64,000 nucleotides of DNA from a virus. Taxonomy: Duplodnaviria; Caudoviricetes. Numbering within the stretch: position 1 is the stretch's first letter; each line of letters opens with the position of its first letter. The position numbers were made by a program, and so were the translations under genes. The notes beneath the pieces were generated by a model that ran no database searches, was not told the DNA's origin, and was given only the letters and a program-made list of their open reading frames with translations. The stretch covers positions 1,500-65,499 of the IMG/VR virus record IMGVR_UViG_3300050021_000713; one strand, 5' to 3'. Positions 28,718-38,300 of this stretch are shown here, one piece after another.

Positions 28718-29188
28718 GTGATGTCGCACGTCACCAAGTCCAAACCGAACCTTCTCGAGGTCGTGCGGAAGCTTCGTGCCTGCGGGCACGTGGCGACCGC
28801 CTTGGACTTGGTGCGTGCGGTCGGAATCCAGGAAGTGCTGGTTCCGACCGTGGCGAAGACGCCGAAGCCGAAATACATCCGGGAAAAGGCCCGCAGCGCG
28901 TACATCCACGTCGTTGCGGACGTCGACCCGGAACAACAGCAGCGGATCCTCAACGACTTCCGAACCCTCGCGACTTGTTCCGAGCCGTGGCTTTCGAAAG
29001 TCGGTGACGACAGCCTGATGAAGATCGCACTTCCAGGCAAGGTTGTCGTCTACGCGTTCCGCGTGCCGTTGGAGAAGTATTCGGCTTCGTCCATTCCGGC
29101 GATGCTCTCCAAGTCCCAGCTCCTTGAGGCCTACACACGCAAACCAAGATCTGATGCGCAGCACCACGTAACTAAGCAGGAGAACTGA
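28718..29188 (+). CDS. hypothetical protein
   Basis: ORF between sheath and tube; contains ATALDLVRAV. Confidence 0.55.
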   Translation: MMSHVTKSKPNLLEVVRKLRACGHVATALDLVRAVGIQEVLVPTVAKTPKPKYIREKARSAYIHVVADVDPEQQQRILNDFRTLATCSEPWLSKVGDDSLMKIALPGKVVVYAFRVPLEKYSASSIPAMLSKSQLLEAYTRKPRSDAQHHVTKQEN

Positions 29189-29189
29189 A

Positions 29190-29777
29190 ATGACAGCACT
29201 CAACACGACGTACGCGCCGACACCTACCGGTAGCGTCGTCAACCAGATGGACTTCGCTGGACATGAGTCCACGTTGCCCAGGACCAAGATCTACCACGGC
29301 ATGGACATCGCCGTCGAGTACGGTTCCAACCACTACCGGATCGGACGCATCCAGTCCTGGGCACCCCAGGCGCGCACCCGGCAGGCCATCCACAAGTACG
29401 AGCTCAGCTCTGCAACCTTCGGCCGCCCTGTGGACCTGATCCCGGGACGCAGTGAGGGTTACTCGATCTCGATGTCGCGCGTCGAGGTCTGGGGCCAGGA
29501 GATCGAAAAGGTGTTCGGCCTGGTGGACTCCACCACGCTGTTCCGCGATCTCATGGACATGCGCTGGCCGGTCACGCTGTACGAGTACCTCTACCGCGGA
29601 GACGGCGATGCCAAGCTGTACTCGCTGTGGCAGTACCCACAGGCCTGGATCACCAGCTACGGCGAGTCCGAGTACAGTGCCGAGGGTGACGGCGTCATCC
29701 TGAGCAACCTCGAGCTCATGCACTTGCCGCGTGTGCTCCTCCAATACCACCCTGAACTCGTTTCCGTCAACAACTGA
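29190..29777 (+). CDS. tail tube protein
   Basis: 195 aa, IGRIQSW...R...YEL, AWITSY..SEYSAEGD pattern of myovirus tubes; downstream of the sheath. Confidence 0.75.
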   Translation: MTALNTTYAPTPTGSVVNQMDFAGHESTLPRTKIYHGMDIAVEYGSNHYRIGRIQSWAPQARTRQAIHKYELSSATFGRPVDLIPGRSEGYSISMSRVEVWGQEIEKVFGLVDSTTLFRDLMDMRWPVTLYEYLYRGDGDAKLYSLWQYPQAWITSYGESEYSAEGDGVILSNLELMHLPRVLLQYHPELVSVNN

Positions 29778-29796
29778 TCCTAGGAGAACCTGAACC

Positions 29797-30594
29797 ATGA
29801 GCATGACAAACATTGCCACCGCGGCAGCCACCTTGCGCGACAAGCTCACAGCCGCCAAAGGTGCAGACCGTGGAGACTTGTACCTTGCCGACGCCGTGCC
29901 TGTCAACGCTTCTTCTGCGAAGCTGCTGATCGGTTACGTACCTCGTTTCGGTACACCCAACCACAGCCAGGTCGCGAACTTCGTGACCGCGATGACCAGC
30001 AGGTTCTCGAAGTCCGGGGCGTTGAAGCCCGAGCTCGAGTCCTTGACCGATCATCCAGTGAACAGCGTGCAAGCTGCGGTCTCGCTGATCGTGAACGCAC
30101 CGTCGCTGACCGCAACACCGGATCACAAGGACCACATGGTGGCCGTGTCCTCGACCATGTTCTACGACAACAAGATCGGCGCGAACTGGGAACTGAAGGC
30201 CAACGCCGCCGGCGCCCAGTTCCTGGAGTGCATGCGCAAGGAGAACGTTCCGGAGCTGCTCCAGACCGCCATCGCCAGCCAAGGCATCATCAGCAAGACC
30301 CTGACGTTCCAGAGCCCGGAGCTGCAGGCCGTAGCGGCAGTGCAGTGCAACGTCGGTGACTACGTCGAGTTCTGGGCCGAGGGTGGACTTCGTCGCGGCG
30401 ACGTTACGAAGTGCGAAGGCGACGAGGTCGTGATCGACAGCGAAGACCGGCCGTTGAAGGTCAGCCGCGCCGCCGTGACCAAGATCATTCGCCTGAACCA
30501 GAAGGCAGCCAACGAGGAGAAGAAGCGCCTGGTTGCGTTCTACTCCACGATCTGGGGTCCGGAATACGCCAAAGACCTGGTGGACGAACAATGA
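29797..30594 (+). CDS. hypothetical virion protein
   Basis: AGGAG RBS; structural-gene context. Confidence 0.6.
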   Translation: MSMTNIATAAATLRDKLTAAKGADRGDLYLADAVPVNASSAKLLIGYVPRFGTPNHSQVANFVTAMTSRFSKSGALKPELESLTDHPVNSVQAAVSLIVNAPSLTATPDHKDHMVAVSSTMFYDNKIGANWELKANAAGAQFLECMRKENVPELLQTAIASQGIISKTLTFQSPELQAVAAVQCNVGDYVEFWAEGGLRRGDVTKCEGDEVVIDSEDRPLKVSRAAVTKIIRLNQKAANEEKKRLVAFYSTIWGPEYAKDLVDEQ

Positions 30595-31163
30595 TCGCCG
30601 GTACCGAGTCCGTGGTCAGTGCAAGCACGGAGACCGTCATCACCGCCGGAGACTTGAACGAGTACATCACGAAACTGTCCGGGCTTGGCAAGGCCGCGTT
30701 GAACGCGCGCATCGCCAAGATCAAGGCCAAGCTCCGCAAGCTCGCTTCCGTCTCCAAAACCGGCAAGTACGCCGCGGCCGGCAAGCCCGGGCCGAAGAAC
30801 AGCCGTCAGCTGGCCTTCGCGCTTCGTGGTTGTCAGAACGCGTTGAAGTGGCACGAGTCCGCACTCGGCAAGGTCGGGACGGCAACTGCAGCGCAAGAAG
30901 TTGCCACGGCTGGCAAGCAAGAGAAAAGTCTGCTCGGTCCCGGCCCTGTTGGTATCGAGAGCATAACATTTGACAAGAAGATCTTTGACAGCTGGCTGAA
31001 TCAACAGTTGAGGAATCACCCAGCCAGCAGAGGAGACAAGCACAGTCAGAGGATCCTTGATTACTTGTACAAAGTCACATACGACCGAGACAAGTGTGCT
31101 GAGATCCGTAGATTGCTGATTGCCGCGGTGAGTGAGCCATACAAGGGCGGATTGGAACTGTGA
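30591..31163 (+). CDS. hypothetical basic protein
   Basis: ATGA overlap with the upstream gene. Confidence 0.55.
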   Translation: MIAGTESVVSASTETVITAGDLNEYITKLSGLGKAALNARIAKIKAKLRKLASVSKTGKYAAAGKPGPKNSRQLAFALRGCQNALKWHESALGKVGTATAAQEVATAGKQEKSLLGPGPVGIESITFDKKIFDSWLNQQLRNHPASRGDKHSQRILDYLYKVTYDRDKCAEIRRLLIAAVSEPYKGGLEL

Positions 31164-31183
31164 GGTTAGTGGCGTAGTTTTTT

Positions 31184-31218
31184 GGCGAGGTCGTTTCCGC
31201 GACCTCGCCTTTTCTTTT
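31184..31218 (+). terminator. intrinsic terminator
   Basis: GGCGAGGTCG-tttccg-CGACCTCGCC followed by TTTTCTTTT. Confidence 0.85.
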
Positions 31219-31228
31219 GGAGACCGAT

Positions 31229-31375
31229 ATGGCCAACATGAACATCCAACCCGACGACTTCATTGCTCCCGACGGTAGCGTGCAGACGCTGACCGCGGCG
31301 GACTACGCCGAGGCTGCGGAGCTGATGCTCGCCGGTACCGAGCCCGCACCGGAAAACGAGAAGCCACGGGCGTAA
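31229..31375 (+). CDS. small acidic protein (48 aa)
   Basis: GGAG RBS; MANMNIQPDDFIAPDGSVQTL... Confidence 0.5.
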   Translation: MANMNIQPDDFIAPDGSVQTLTAADYAEAAELMLAGTEPAPENEKPRA

Positions 31376-31394
31376 CCGTTTGTAAATATGGTGG

Positions 31395-32414
31395 GTGATA
31401 CGTACACCACTCACCATGCTGCAGCTGGACCAGTATCAGGTCCCGGAACCGGAGCAGCTGCAACTCCTCGCTTCGGACTACATCACCAGGATCATGGCGT
31501 TGATGCAGAAGCGCCAAGCGCGCCAGGCCTTGGTACGAGTCACGCAGCTGAACGCGTTGGTGCAGGAATTCCCGCAGTTGCAGAAGGCCTATCCCGGCCT
31601 TTCCGTGTTCATCCGCTACGGCGGCCATTTCTGCTCCAGCCCGAAGCGGTTGAACGCGACCGCGATCTACCTCATGTACCAGAAGGCGGCGCCGCTGCTG
31701 AAGCGGATGACGCACGCGGTCTCGGACTACGTGCAGGAGCAGACGCGCGAGGCCGAAGCCGCCGCGCCGAATCCGGAACAGAGGAAGCCGAATCCGAAGC
31801 TCGTACGTTTGGGTAACAGCTTGGCGGCGCTGCAGGCGATCATGCCCAAGGTGCTGGAGGAGGATCGACTCCGCAGTCAGGCGGATCGAGAACGGTACGA
31901 GACCAAGCACGCTGGTTCCGCTTCCGTGGTCAGCGCCGACGACACGTTCATCCTGGACCAGGCTGGGCAGGCACCGGTGTACGATCTCGCTGCCTCGGAG
32001 TCTACGTTCGTGCGCCTGGCGCTGGTGCTGCAGGAGGCGTACGTTTCCAAGGTGGTGCAGCAGGCAATGTGCGTGGAGTACGGCATCTACCGCGTCATGG
32101 GCTCGTACTGGCTCATGACCGAGGCATTGCTGGTTGGTGTGGCCCGGCGGTCGGAGTCCGGAGAGGTACGTTCGGACGTGGAAATGAACAGCCATGCCGC
32201 GGAATTGGTACGGCTACGAAACATCACCCGGGAGCGGGCGCACCAGCCTGGTTTGGTACAAGTCGGACCGGCCCGGAACAGCGTAAACCACCGATATTTC
32301 CTGGTGTTCGACAGAAGTTACACCGTTGAAAACCAGTTCAGCGTACGCCGTTGGGACTTCTTCAAAATGCCAGGATCTACACATTTGGAGATGAAACTTG
32401 CGGACTCCCCTTGA
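31395..32414 (+). CDS. hypothetical protein
   Basis: 339 aa ORF with typical codon usage. Confidence 0.65.
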   Translation: MIRTPLTMLQLDQYQVPEPEQLQLLASDYITRIMALMQKRQARQALVRVTQLNALVQEFPQLQKAYPGLSVFIRYGGHFCSSPKRLNATAIYLMYQKAAPLLKRMTHAVSDYVQEQTREAEAAAPNPEQRKPNPKLVRLGNSLAALQAIMPKVLEEDRLRSQADRERYETKHAGSASVVSADDTFILDQAGQAPVYDLAASESTFVRLALVLQEAYVSKVVQQAMCVEYGIYRVMGSYWLMTEALLVGVARRSESGEVRSDVEMNSHAAELVRLRNITRERAHQPGLVQVGPARNSVNHRYFLVFDRSYTVENQFSVRRWDFFKMPGSTHLEMKLADSP

Positions 32415-32439
32415 CATAGGGGGAGTTCGGTTGTAATTT
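32411..32439 (+). promoter_or_regulatory. sigma70-like promoter; -35 lies inside an inverted repeat
   Basis: TTGACA-17 bp-TAATTT; ACTCCCC...GGGGAGT flanks the -35. Confidence 0.5.
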
Positions 32440-32527
32440 CAGTACAAGAACGCTGAAACCGCGTACCTGCGCGTCCCTCAGCAACAGGAACCAAGTCAGC
32501 AAGAACATCAAAACAAGGACGCGTATC

Positions 32528-33454
32528 ATGGCTCTTTCTCCTGCTCAACTCAAGGCCGCCGGCCCACACACCCTCTTCCCGCTGCCGGACCGTACCGCGT
32601 TCTGGGCCGCGGCCAAGGACCAGAGCCGGGTGTTCGACACCAAGACCCTGGGCCGTGCTGTGGGCGCCGTGCTCCGCACCAAGACCAAGCTGAAGGAAGC
32701 CTGGCATTACTTCCGCATCGAGAGCGCAACCAAGTTCGTTCGCGTCCAGGAGTCCGACTTCATCGCCTACATCGAGAAGTCCGCACCGCCCAAGGTTACC
32801 GCCAAGGTCGAGACCAAGCCGGAACCGAAGAAGGACGAACCGAAGGCCAAGGTCGCGAAGGAAGCGAAGAAGGACGAGCCGAAGAAGAGCCTGGTCGAGC
32901 GCGGCGTGGCTGCGGCCAAGAAGCTGGTCAAGAAGCCCGGCGTGGACAGCACCAAGTACAGCTACACCGTCCAGGACGGTCTCGACATCGGCGCCGCCAC
33001 CATCGACGCCATCGAGAAGCTCGTTCGCGGTTCCGGCGTCAAGGCGCCTTCCGACATCGGCACCCGACTGCGCGGCGCCAAGCTCCTGGTCGCGGCCAAG
33101 GACAAGGCCGACAAGGTCGTCGGGTGCTTGGGCCTGCAGCTCAAGGCCAAGGACTACGTGGACAGCCTCAACCTCAAGGCCAAGGCCAAGCTGGGCAAGG
33201 ACGCACTGGAACTGGCTTGGATTCGTGTCGACACCAGCGTGCCGACCGAGGACAAGGACACCGTGGTCAAGGCCATGTTCGAAAGCCTGAAGCTGGGCAA
33301 GAGCACGAGGCCTGTGATCGCGGACTCGGACGTGTACGCGGTGTACAACGTCAGCGACACCATCGGCAACGGTTACATGACGTTGCTGAAGCTGAAGAAG
33401 CACGACCGCACCCACCCGGGACTGGTCAAAGAGGCTCAGTTGTACACGCTCTGA
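32528..33454 (+). CDS. Lys-rich protein, possibly DNA-binding
   Basis: AAGGA RBS; strongly biased codons; KEAKKDEPKK low-complexity linker. Confidence 0.7.
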   Translation: MALSPAQLKAAGPHTLFPLPDRTAFWAAAKDQSRVFDTKTLGRAVGAVLRTKTKLKEAWHYFRIESATKFVRVQESDFIAYIEKSAPPKVTAKVETKPEPKKDEPKAKVAKEAKKDEPKKSLVERGVAAAKKLVKKPGVDSTKYSYTVQDGLDIGAATIDAIEKLVRGSGVKAPSDIGTRLRGAKLLVAAKDKADKVVGCLGLQLKAKDYVDSLNLKAKAKLGKDALELAWIRVDTSVPTEDKDTVVKAMFESLKLGKSTRPVIADSDVYAVYNVSDTIGNGYMTLLKLKKHDRTHPGLVKEAQLYTL

Positions 33455-33599
33455 CGCATCGTTTCTCGCGTTTACGTGAGGTTGAAATAAATAAATAAAT
33501 CGCTCGCTCTACGGTTTGGAGCAATTCATAATGTCAGGTCTTCACAGGCCTGGCCTTTTGTTTTGCAAATCCATCAACACAACAAGCCGGAGCACGCAT

Positions 33600-34721
33600 A
33601 TGTCAGAGCCGCAAGCGAACACGCCGCCGTCCCAAGCGCCGCACCATTTCCCGAATCTCGGTGTACGTGTTCCGCTGGACGCCACCAGCATCAAGCCCGA
33701 GACCGCGGACGCGGACAAGCCGAACTACACTCTGCAGCAGCCGGGGTGGCTGCCGGACAGCATCAACCTCGGCGCTCCGGACGCACCCAGGTCGGTCGAG
33801 CAGACCGCGCCGCACCAAGACACGGCTCTGCTACCACCACCGACCATGGGTCCTCCTCCAGGCTACCGCTGGGCTTTGGAGCCCGAGCCTGCAGCACCAC
33901 AAGCTGATGCTCCGGTTACCTACAGCGCTCCGGACCAGTCTCCGGCACCGGTGTTCGCCCAGCCGGCTCCGTTGTCGATCTCGGAAGCTGCGCACCAACA
34001 CGCGGCCGCCACACGCCCGAGCGCGAGCGTACCGCAGCCGACACCAGGTCCGCGTGCCGGTACGGTTCGGGTTCCCGGCCAGCCGCTACAGCATCCAGTG
34101 GTTGCGGAGTTGCTGCAGCAGTTCGGACTGAAGAAGACGGACATCCACACCTTCGACGCCTTGGGTCATACCTTCGTGATCCGCGAAGCAAACAGCGAGA
34201 TCTTGCAGTTCTGCATCGGCCAGGGCAGCAAGATGGCCGTCTCCGACGCCGATCTTGGTACGCGTGTTCGTAACATGGTCGCGGCATTGTCCGTGATCTC
34301 GATCGACAACGTACCTGTTGTCGAGCTGTTCCCGTGGAACAAGACATCGATCCGGAACGCAGCTTCGATCGATCCGTTGTGGCCGCCGTTCACGGTCACG
34401 GTCCTCGTCGCCGAACATCTGTTCCGGCTCTTCTTCGAAAGCATGAAGTCGGACGTGATCTCCAAGATCGCGGAAGAGTACGACGTCGTGTACGGTGGTG
34501 GTACCGAGCCCGAAGACACGACCAGGGCACCACTGATCACGCGCGAGAACGACAAGCGCGTACGCTTCAAGTGCAACGTCGCCGGTTGTGGTCACGTCGA
34601 GGATGTGGAGCCGATCGTGCTGGGTGACGACTTGGTTCAAGCTCGCTTCTGTCCCGCACACGGCGTCGAGCTGACACCACTCGGTTACACCAGGGACATG
34701 GTCTCTCTCCCTTTGGAATAG
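33600..34721 (+). CDS. putative tail assembly chaperone (gpG-like)
   Basis: Upstream of the tape measure; Pro-rich N-terminus, C-terminal CNVAGC/CPAH; ends in slippery C CCT TTG. Confidence 0.6.
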   Translation: MSEPQANTPPSQAPHHFPNLGVRVPLDATSIKPETADADKPNYTLQQPGWLPDSINLGAPDAPRSVEQTAPHQDTALLPPPTMGPPPGYRWALEPEPAAPQADAPVTYSAPDQSPAPVFAQPAPLSISEAAHQHAAATRPSASVPQPTPGPRAGTVRVPGQPLQHPVVAELLQQFGLKKTDIHTFDALGHTFVIREANSEILQFCIGQGSKMAVSDADLGTRVRNMVAALSVISIDNVPVVELFPWNKTSIRNAASIDPLWPPFTVTVLVAEHLFRLFFESMKSDVISKIAEEYDVVYGGGTEPEDTTRAPLITRENDKRVRFKCNVAGCGHVEDVEPIVLGDDLVQARFCPAHGVELTPLGYTRDMVSLPLE

Positions 34722-35344
34722 AGCTCGCAGGGCAGCATCCACAACTGGCGCTGCTCGGCGAGCTGATCGCGGATAGTGGGAGCCTACCTGAAGGCTGGAC
34801 CGCTGGGACCATGTCCATGGCCCAGCTGTGCTGGCTCGCGTACTGGCGCACGAAGAAGGAACGTCGGCAGATCCGTAGTATCGGTGAGCTTCTTGGTGTC
34901 ATTTGGTCCGCGGATACGTATAAGAAGTCTCCGGCCTCGAAGCTCGGCAAGCGGGTCAAGGAAGCGTTCATCCCACTGGCGGCCATCATCAACGGCGAAA
35001 GCTTGTACAAGACCCTGGACAGGATCCTGGACACAGATGGAAGCACGACGTCGCACAATCCGCTACAGGAAGATCTCGGCAGTACGTTGAGCATGCAGGT
35101 GTACCAGAAGCTGTTCCAAGACAATCAACCAAAAGCGGAGAACGGAGGTCCGCTCATTCCCGGGCATCCGCTGCTGGCAAAGAAGGCTCCGGTTCCGGCT
35201 CCACAAACAGCTCCAGGGTCTCCGGTTCCGTACGTGCAACCTGCGGTGCCCGCAACTCCTAACACAACCGAGATCGACTTGGAACGTATGCGTGAACTGG
35301 ACCCGGAGCTTGCCAAGCACCTGGATCCGGACGCGGCTTGGTGA
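34709..35344 (+). CDS. -1 frameshift extension of the tail chaperone (gpGT-like)
   Basis: The -1 frame is open from the slippery site into ORF 34811..35344. Confidence 0.6.
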   Translation, partial: PFGIELAGQHPQLALLGELIADSGSLPEGWTAGTMSMAQLCWLAYWRTKKERRQIRSIGELLGVIWSADTYKKSPASKLGKRVKEAFIPLAAIINGESLYKTLDRILDTDGSTTSHNPLQEDLGSTLSMQVYQKLFQDNQPKAENGGPLIPGHPLLAKKAPVPAPQTAPGSPVPYVQPAVPATPNTTEIDLERMRELDPELAKHLDPDAAW

Positions 35345-35355
35345 AGGGGTAGTAC

Positions 35356-38300
35356 TTGGACATTGCGAAAGCCTTGCGCGCGACATCGTCCCATACCGTC
35401 AACGCAACAGCACAGACGTTCGAAGGCTTGTCCTACGGCGCGTCTGCTGCGGCTGACGCTGTACGCAAGGCTCGTGGCTTCGTCAGCAAGAGCGACGTCT
35501 CGAACATTCGCGACGCCTCCCGGTACGCGGACGACTTGAACACGTCGCTGGACAGCAGTGCGAAATCCGCGAGCAAGCTCTCCCAGGCCATCGGTAACGT
35601 CAAGCAGAACCTCGGCGCGTACCTGAAGTGGGCGGCCGTTGGTGGCTTGGTGAGTTCGGCGCTGCGTGACCTCTCCGAAGACGCGGATCGCGTCGTCGAG
35701 TCCTACTACAGCATGGGCGAGAGCATGGCCCGGACCCGCAAGGGCATGCACGGGCTGATCAAGGACACCTGGAACCTGTCTCTTCAGTCCGGACGGTTGC
35801 AGATGGCGGCCGCGCGCATGAACATGCCTGCGGAAGCTGCACTGCACATCCAAGAAAAGCTGATGCGCAGTACCCGTGCGTTCTTCGGACCGAACGGGAA
35901 GCTGCGTTACGATCTCATCGGCAATACCGCGATGCAGGTGATGGCGTTCGCCCGTATTACCGGCGCCAGCGTTGAGCAGAGCACAGACCTTCTCGCACGG
36001 CTGATGAACCAGTACGGCAAGAGCCCACGACAAGCGGTCTCGGGTTTGCAAGCGATCGCGCGTGCAGGCCAGATGGTGAATGAAGAGCTGCACGACATGG
36101 GCAAGGACGGAGGTGTCGCGCTCGAGGACATGGTTGGGCTGATCAACGACGCCAGTGGTGCTTTCGACGGCTTCACGCTCAACGTCGAGCACCTGGCCGC
36201 ACGCGTATCTCACGCGGTGAAGATCGGTCAAGAGCTCGGAATGACGTACAACCAGGCCGCGGACACGGCGAAGCAGATGACGTCGATCTTCGCCAAGCCT
36301 GGAGGGTACATCGCGTTCCAGGCCGGTGAACAGCTGCGCCAGGACATCGAATCCACATTGAAGGGTTTGACCGACACCGAGGATCGAGCGAAGGCGCTGT
36401 CGCAGAAGTACGGCATCAACGTCGCCCAGGGACGGACGTTGGACATCGCCGCTCAAGGTCCTAATGCACAGATGAACGTGATGGAGGAACTGAAGGGTAC
36501 GACTGCAGGCATGGAGAAGCAGTTCGACTTGATGCAGGAGCAAGCCCGCAACAACTCCCTCAGCTTGGACGTGTTCAAGCAGTTCGTCGGCGGTGAGAAC
36601 CTGAGTGCGGAGCAGTCCGGCGACTTGATGCAGATGCTCAAGGCCCAGAACGGATCGTTCAAGGACTGGCAGCGACACCTGGACATGTCCAAGAAGGATG
36701 TCGCAGCGGACAAGGTCATTGACCAGTCCGTGTTCGTACCGACCATGGCCAAGGAGTGGATCAAGGCGACGTCGGGAGCGATGAAGCTGAACATCGCCGC
36801 CGGCATCGGCATCTTCAAAGGTGCGATCACGGGGTTGAAGTTCGCGGCGTTCATCGCAATCGGTTACAGCATCATCAAAGCGATCATGAACCTGAAGCAA
36901 GTCATGCGCAATGTTGATGGTGTCCTGACCAAGTGGTTCGGTGACAAGTACGTACAGAAAAAGGAGCTGCTTCTTCTCGGTTTGCGTCGGGCTAAGCAGG
37001 AAGCCAGTGGGGCTTGGACGTACATGCGGTCCGGCACGATGTTCAGAGATCTGAAGTCGTTCTTCCACAACGTCGGTACCGGCATCGGGGACTTGGTACG
37101 CGCGTTCCGAAACGGATCCGCTCGTGTCACCATCCAAAACGTCGCCGGCAACATGCAGGCGCGTGGTGGTACCATGTACCAGGATCTACGCGCCCGTGGT
37201 GGTGCTGCCTACGGCGCCACACGCGAATACGCCATGACAAAGGCGGCGGCTGCGCGTGTGGCGGCACAGCAAGCACTAGCACGCGCGCAGGCCTCGTATT
37301 CTCACGTCAGTCAGATGGCGCAGAACTCACCGCTTGTTCTTCGTCGTAGACAAGCGGTGGAGGAGGCAAGCGCAGCACTCGCTCGAGCGAACGAACGCTC
37401 GCGTGCGATCATGAGCGGTGTCACGGACTACGCAATAACGAACACCCGTGGTACAGCTGCTGCCGCCAAGCGTGCGATCCAGGAACAGGCGCGCATCGCC
37501 AGGAACCTCGCGGCTGAAGGCACCGCGTCCGCGCGGCGTATCGCTACACGTCAACGCCGGTTGCTCCTTGTCGCGGAACGGCGTGCTCAGATTGCAGCTG
37601 CGGAACAAGCAGCTGTGAGCGGTGGTGGCGGTGGTGGCGGCCTTCTCAACACGATCATGAGCTTGCTCGGACTGGTCTCTATGACCGGTGCTGGTGGTGC
37701 GGGTGCTGCAGGCATGGCGGATATGGCCATGTCCGCAGCGGATGTTGTTGGCATGGCTGGTGGTCTTGGCGGTGGCCTGGGTGGTGAGCACATTCCGGAA
37801 GGCATCAACGGCAGAAAGCCTGGTATATTCAAGCGAGGCTGGGACAAGCTGCGTGGTCGTGGATCTCGTATTGGCGAGATTGCTAACGACGTAAACGGTG
37901 CGCTTGCACCCGCAACAAAGCCGTTGGCTCGTGCCTCCGGTGTCAGCCGTTTCATGCACGGAAACATCTATACCGATCTCGCTGAAGCCGCACCTGGCGC
38001 GGTGCTGCACAAGGGTGGTGTCGGGTCGAAGTTGCTACATGGTGGTCTGGCCACTGCAGCCAGCTTTGGTAAGCGCAACCTCGGCAAGGCCGCCATCATC
38101 GCCGGCATCGGCGCTGTGGGTTGGAGCGCGTACCAAGGATTCCGCAGCACCGAACTCGGCGAGGAGAACACCGGAGAGAACGGTGAGACCCAGCGTGCAG
38201 GAGGTCGCAAGTACGACAAGGAGATCGAAAGCCGTACCAGTGCATTGGAAGCGATCTCCAAGGAGATCGACATCGCCCAAGCCGCTGGGAACAAGGATAC

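Noticed and set aside
25985-29287. 1100 aa minus-strand ORF (similar long antisense ORFs at 17992-19632, 35125-37137, 47754-49094, 55805-57007)
   Set aside because: Antisense shadows of GC3-rich + strand genes; no recognisable motifs and fully overlapping well-supported genes.
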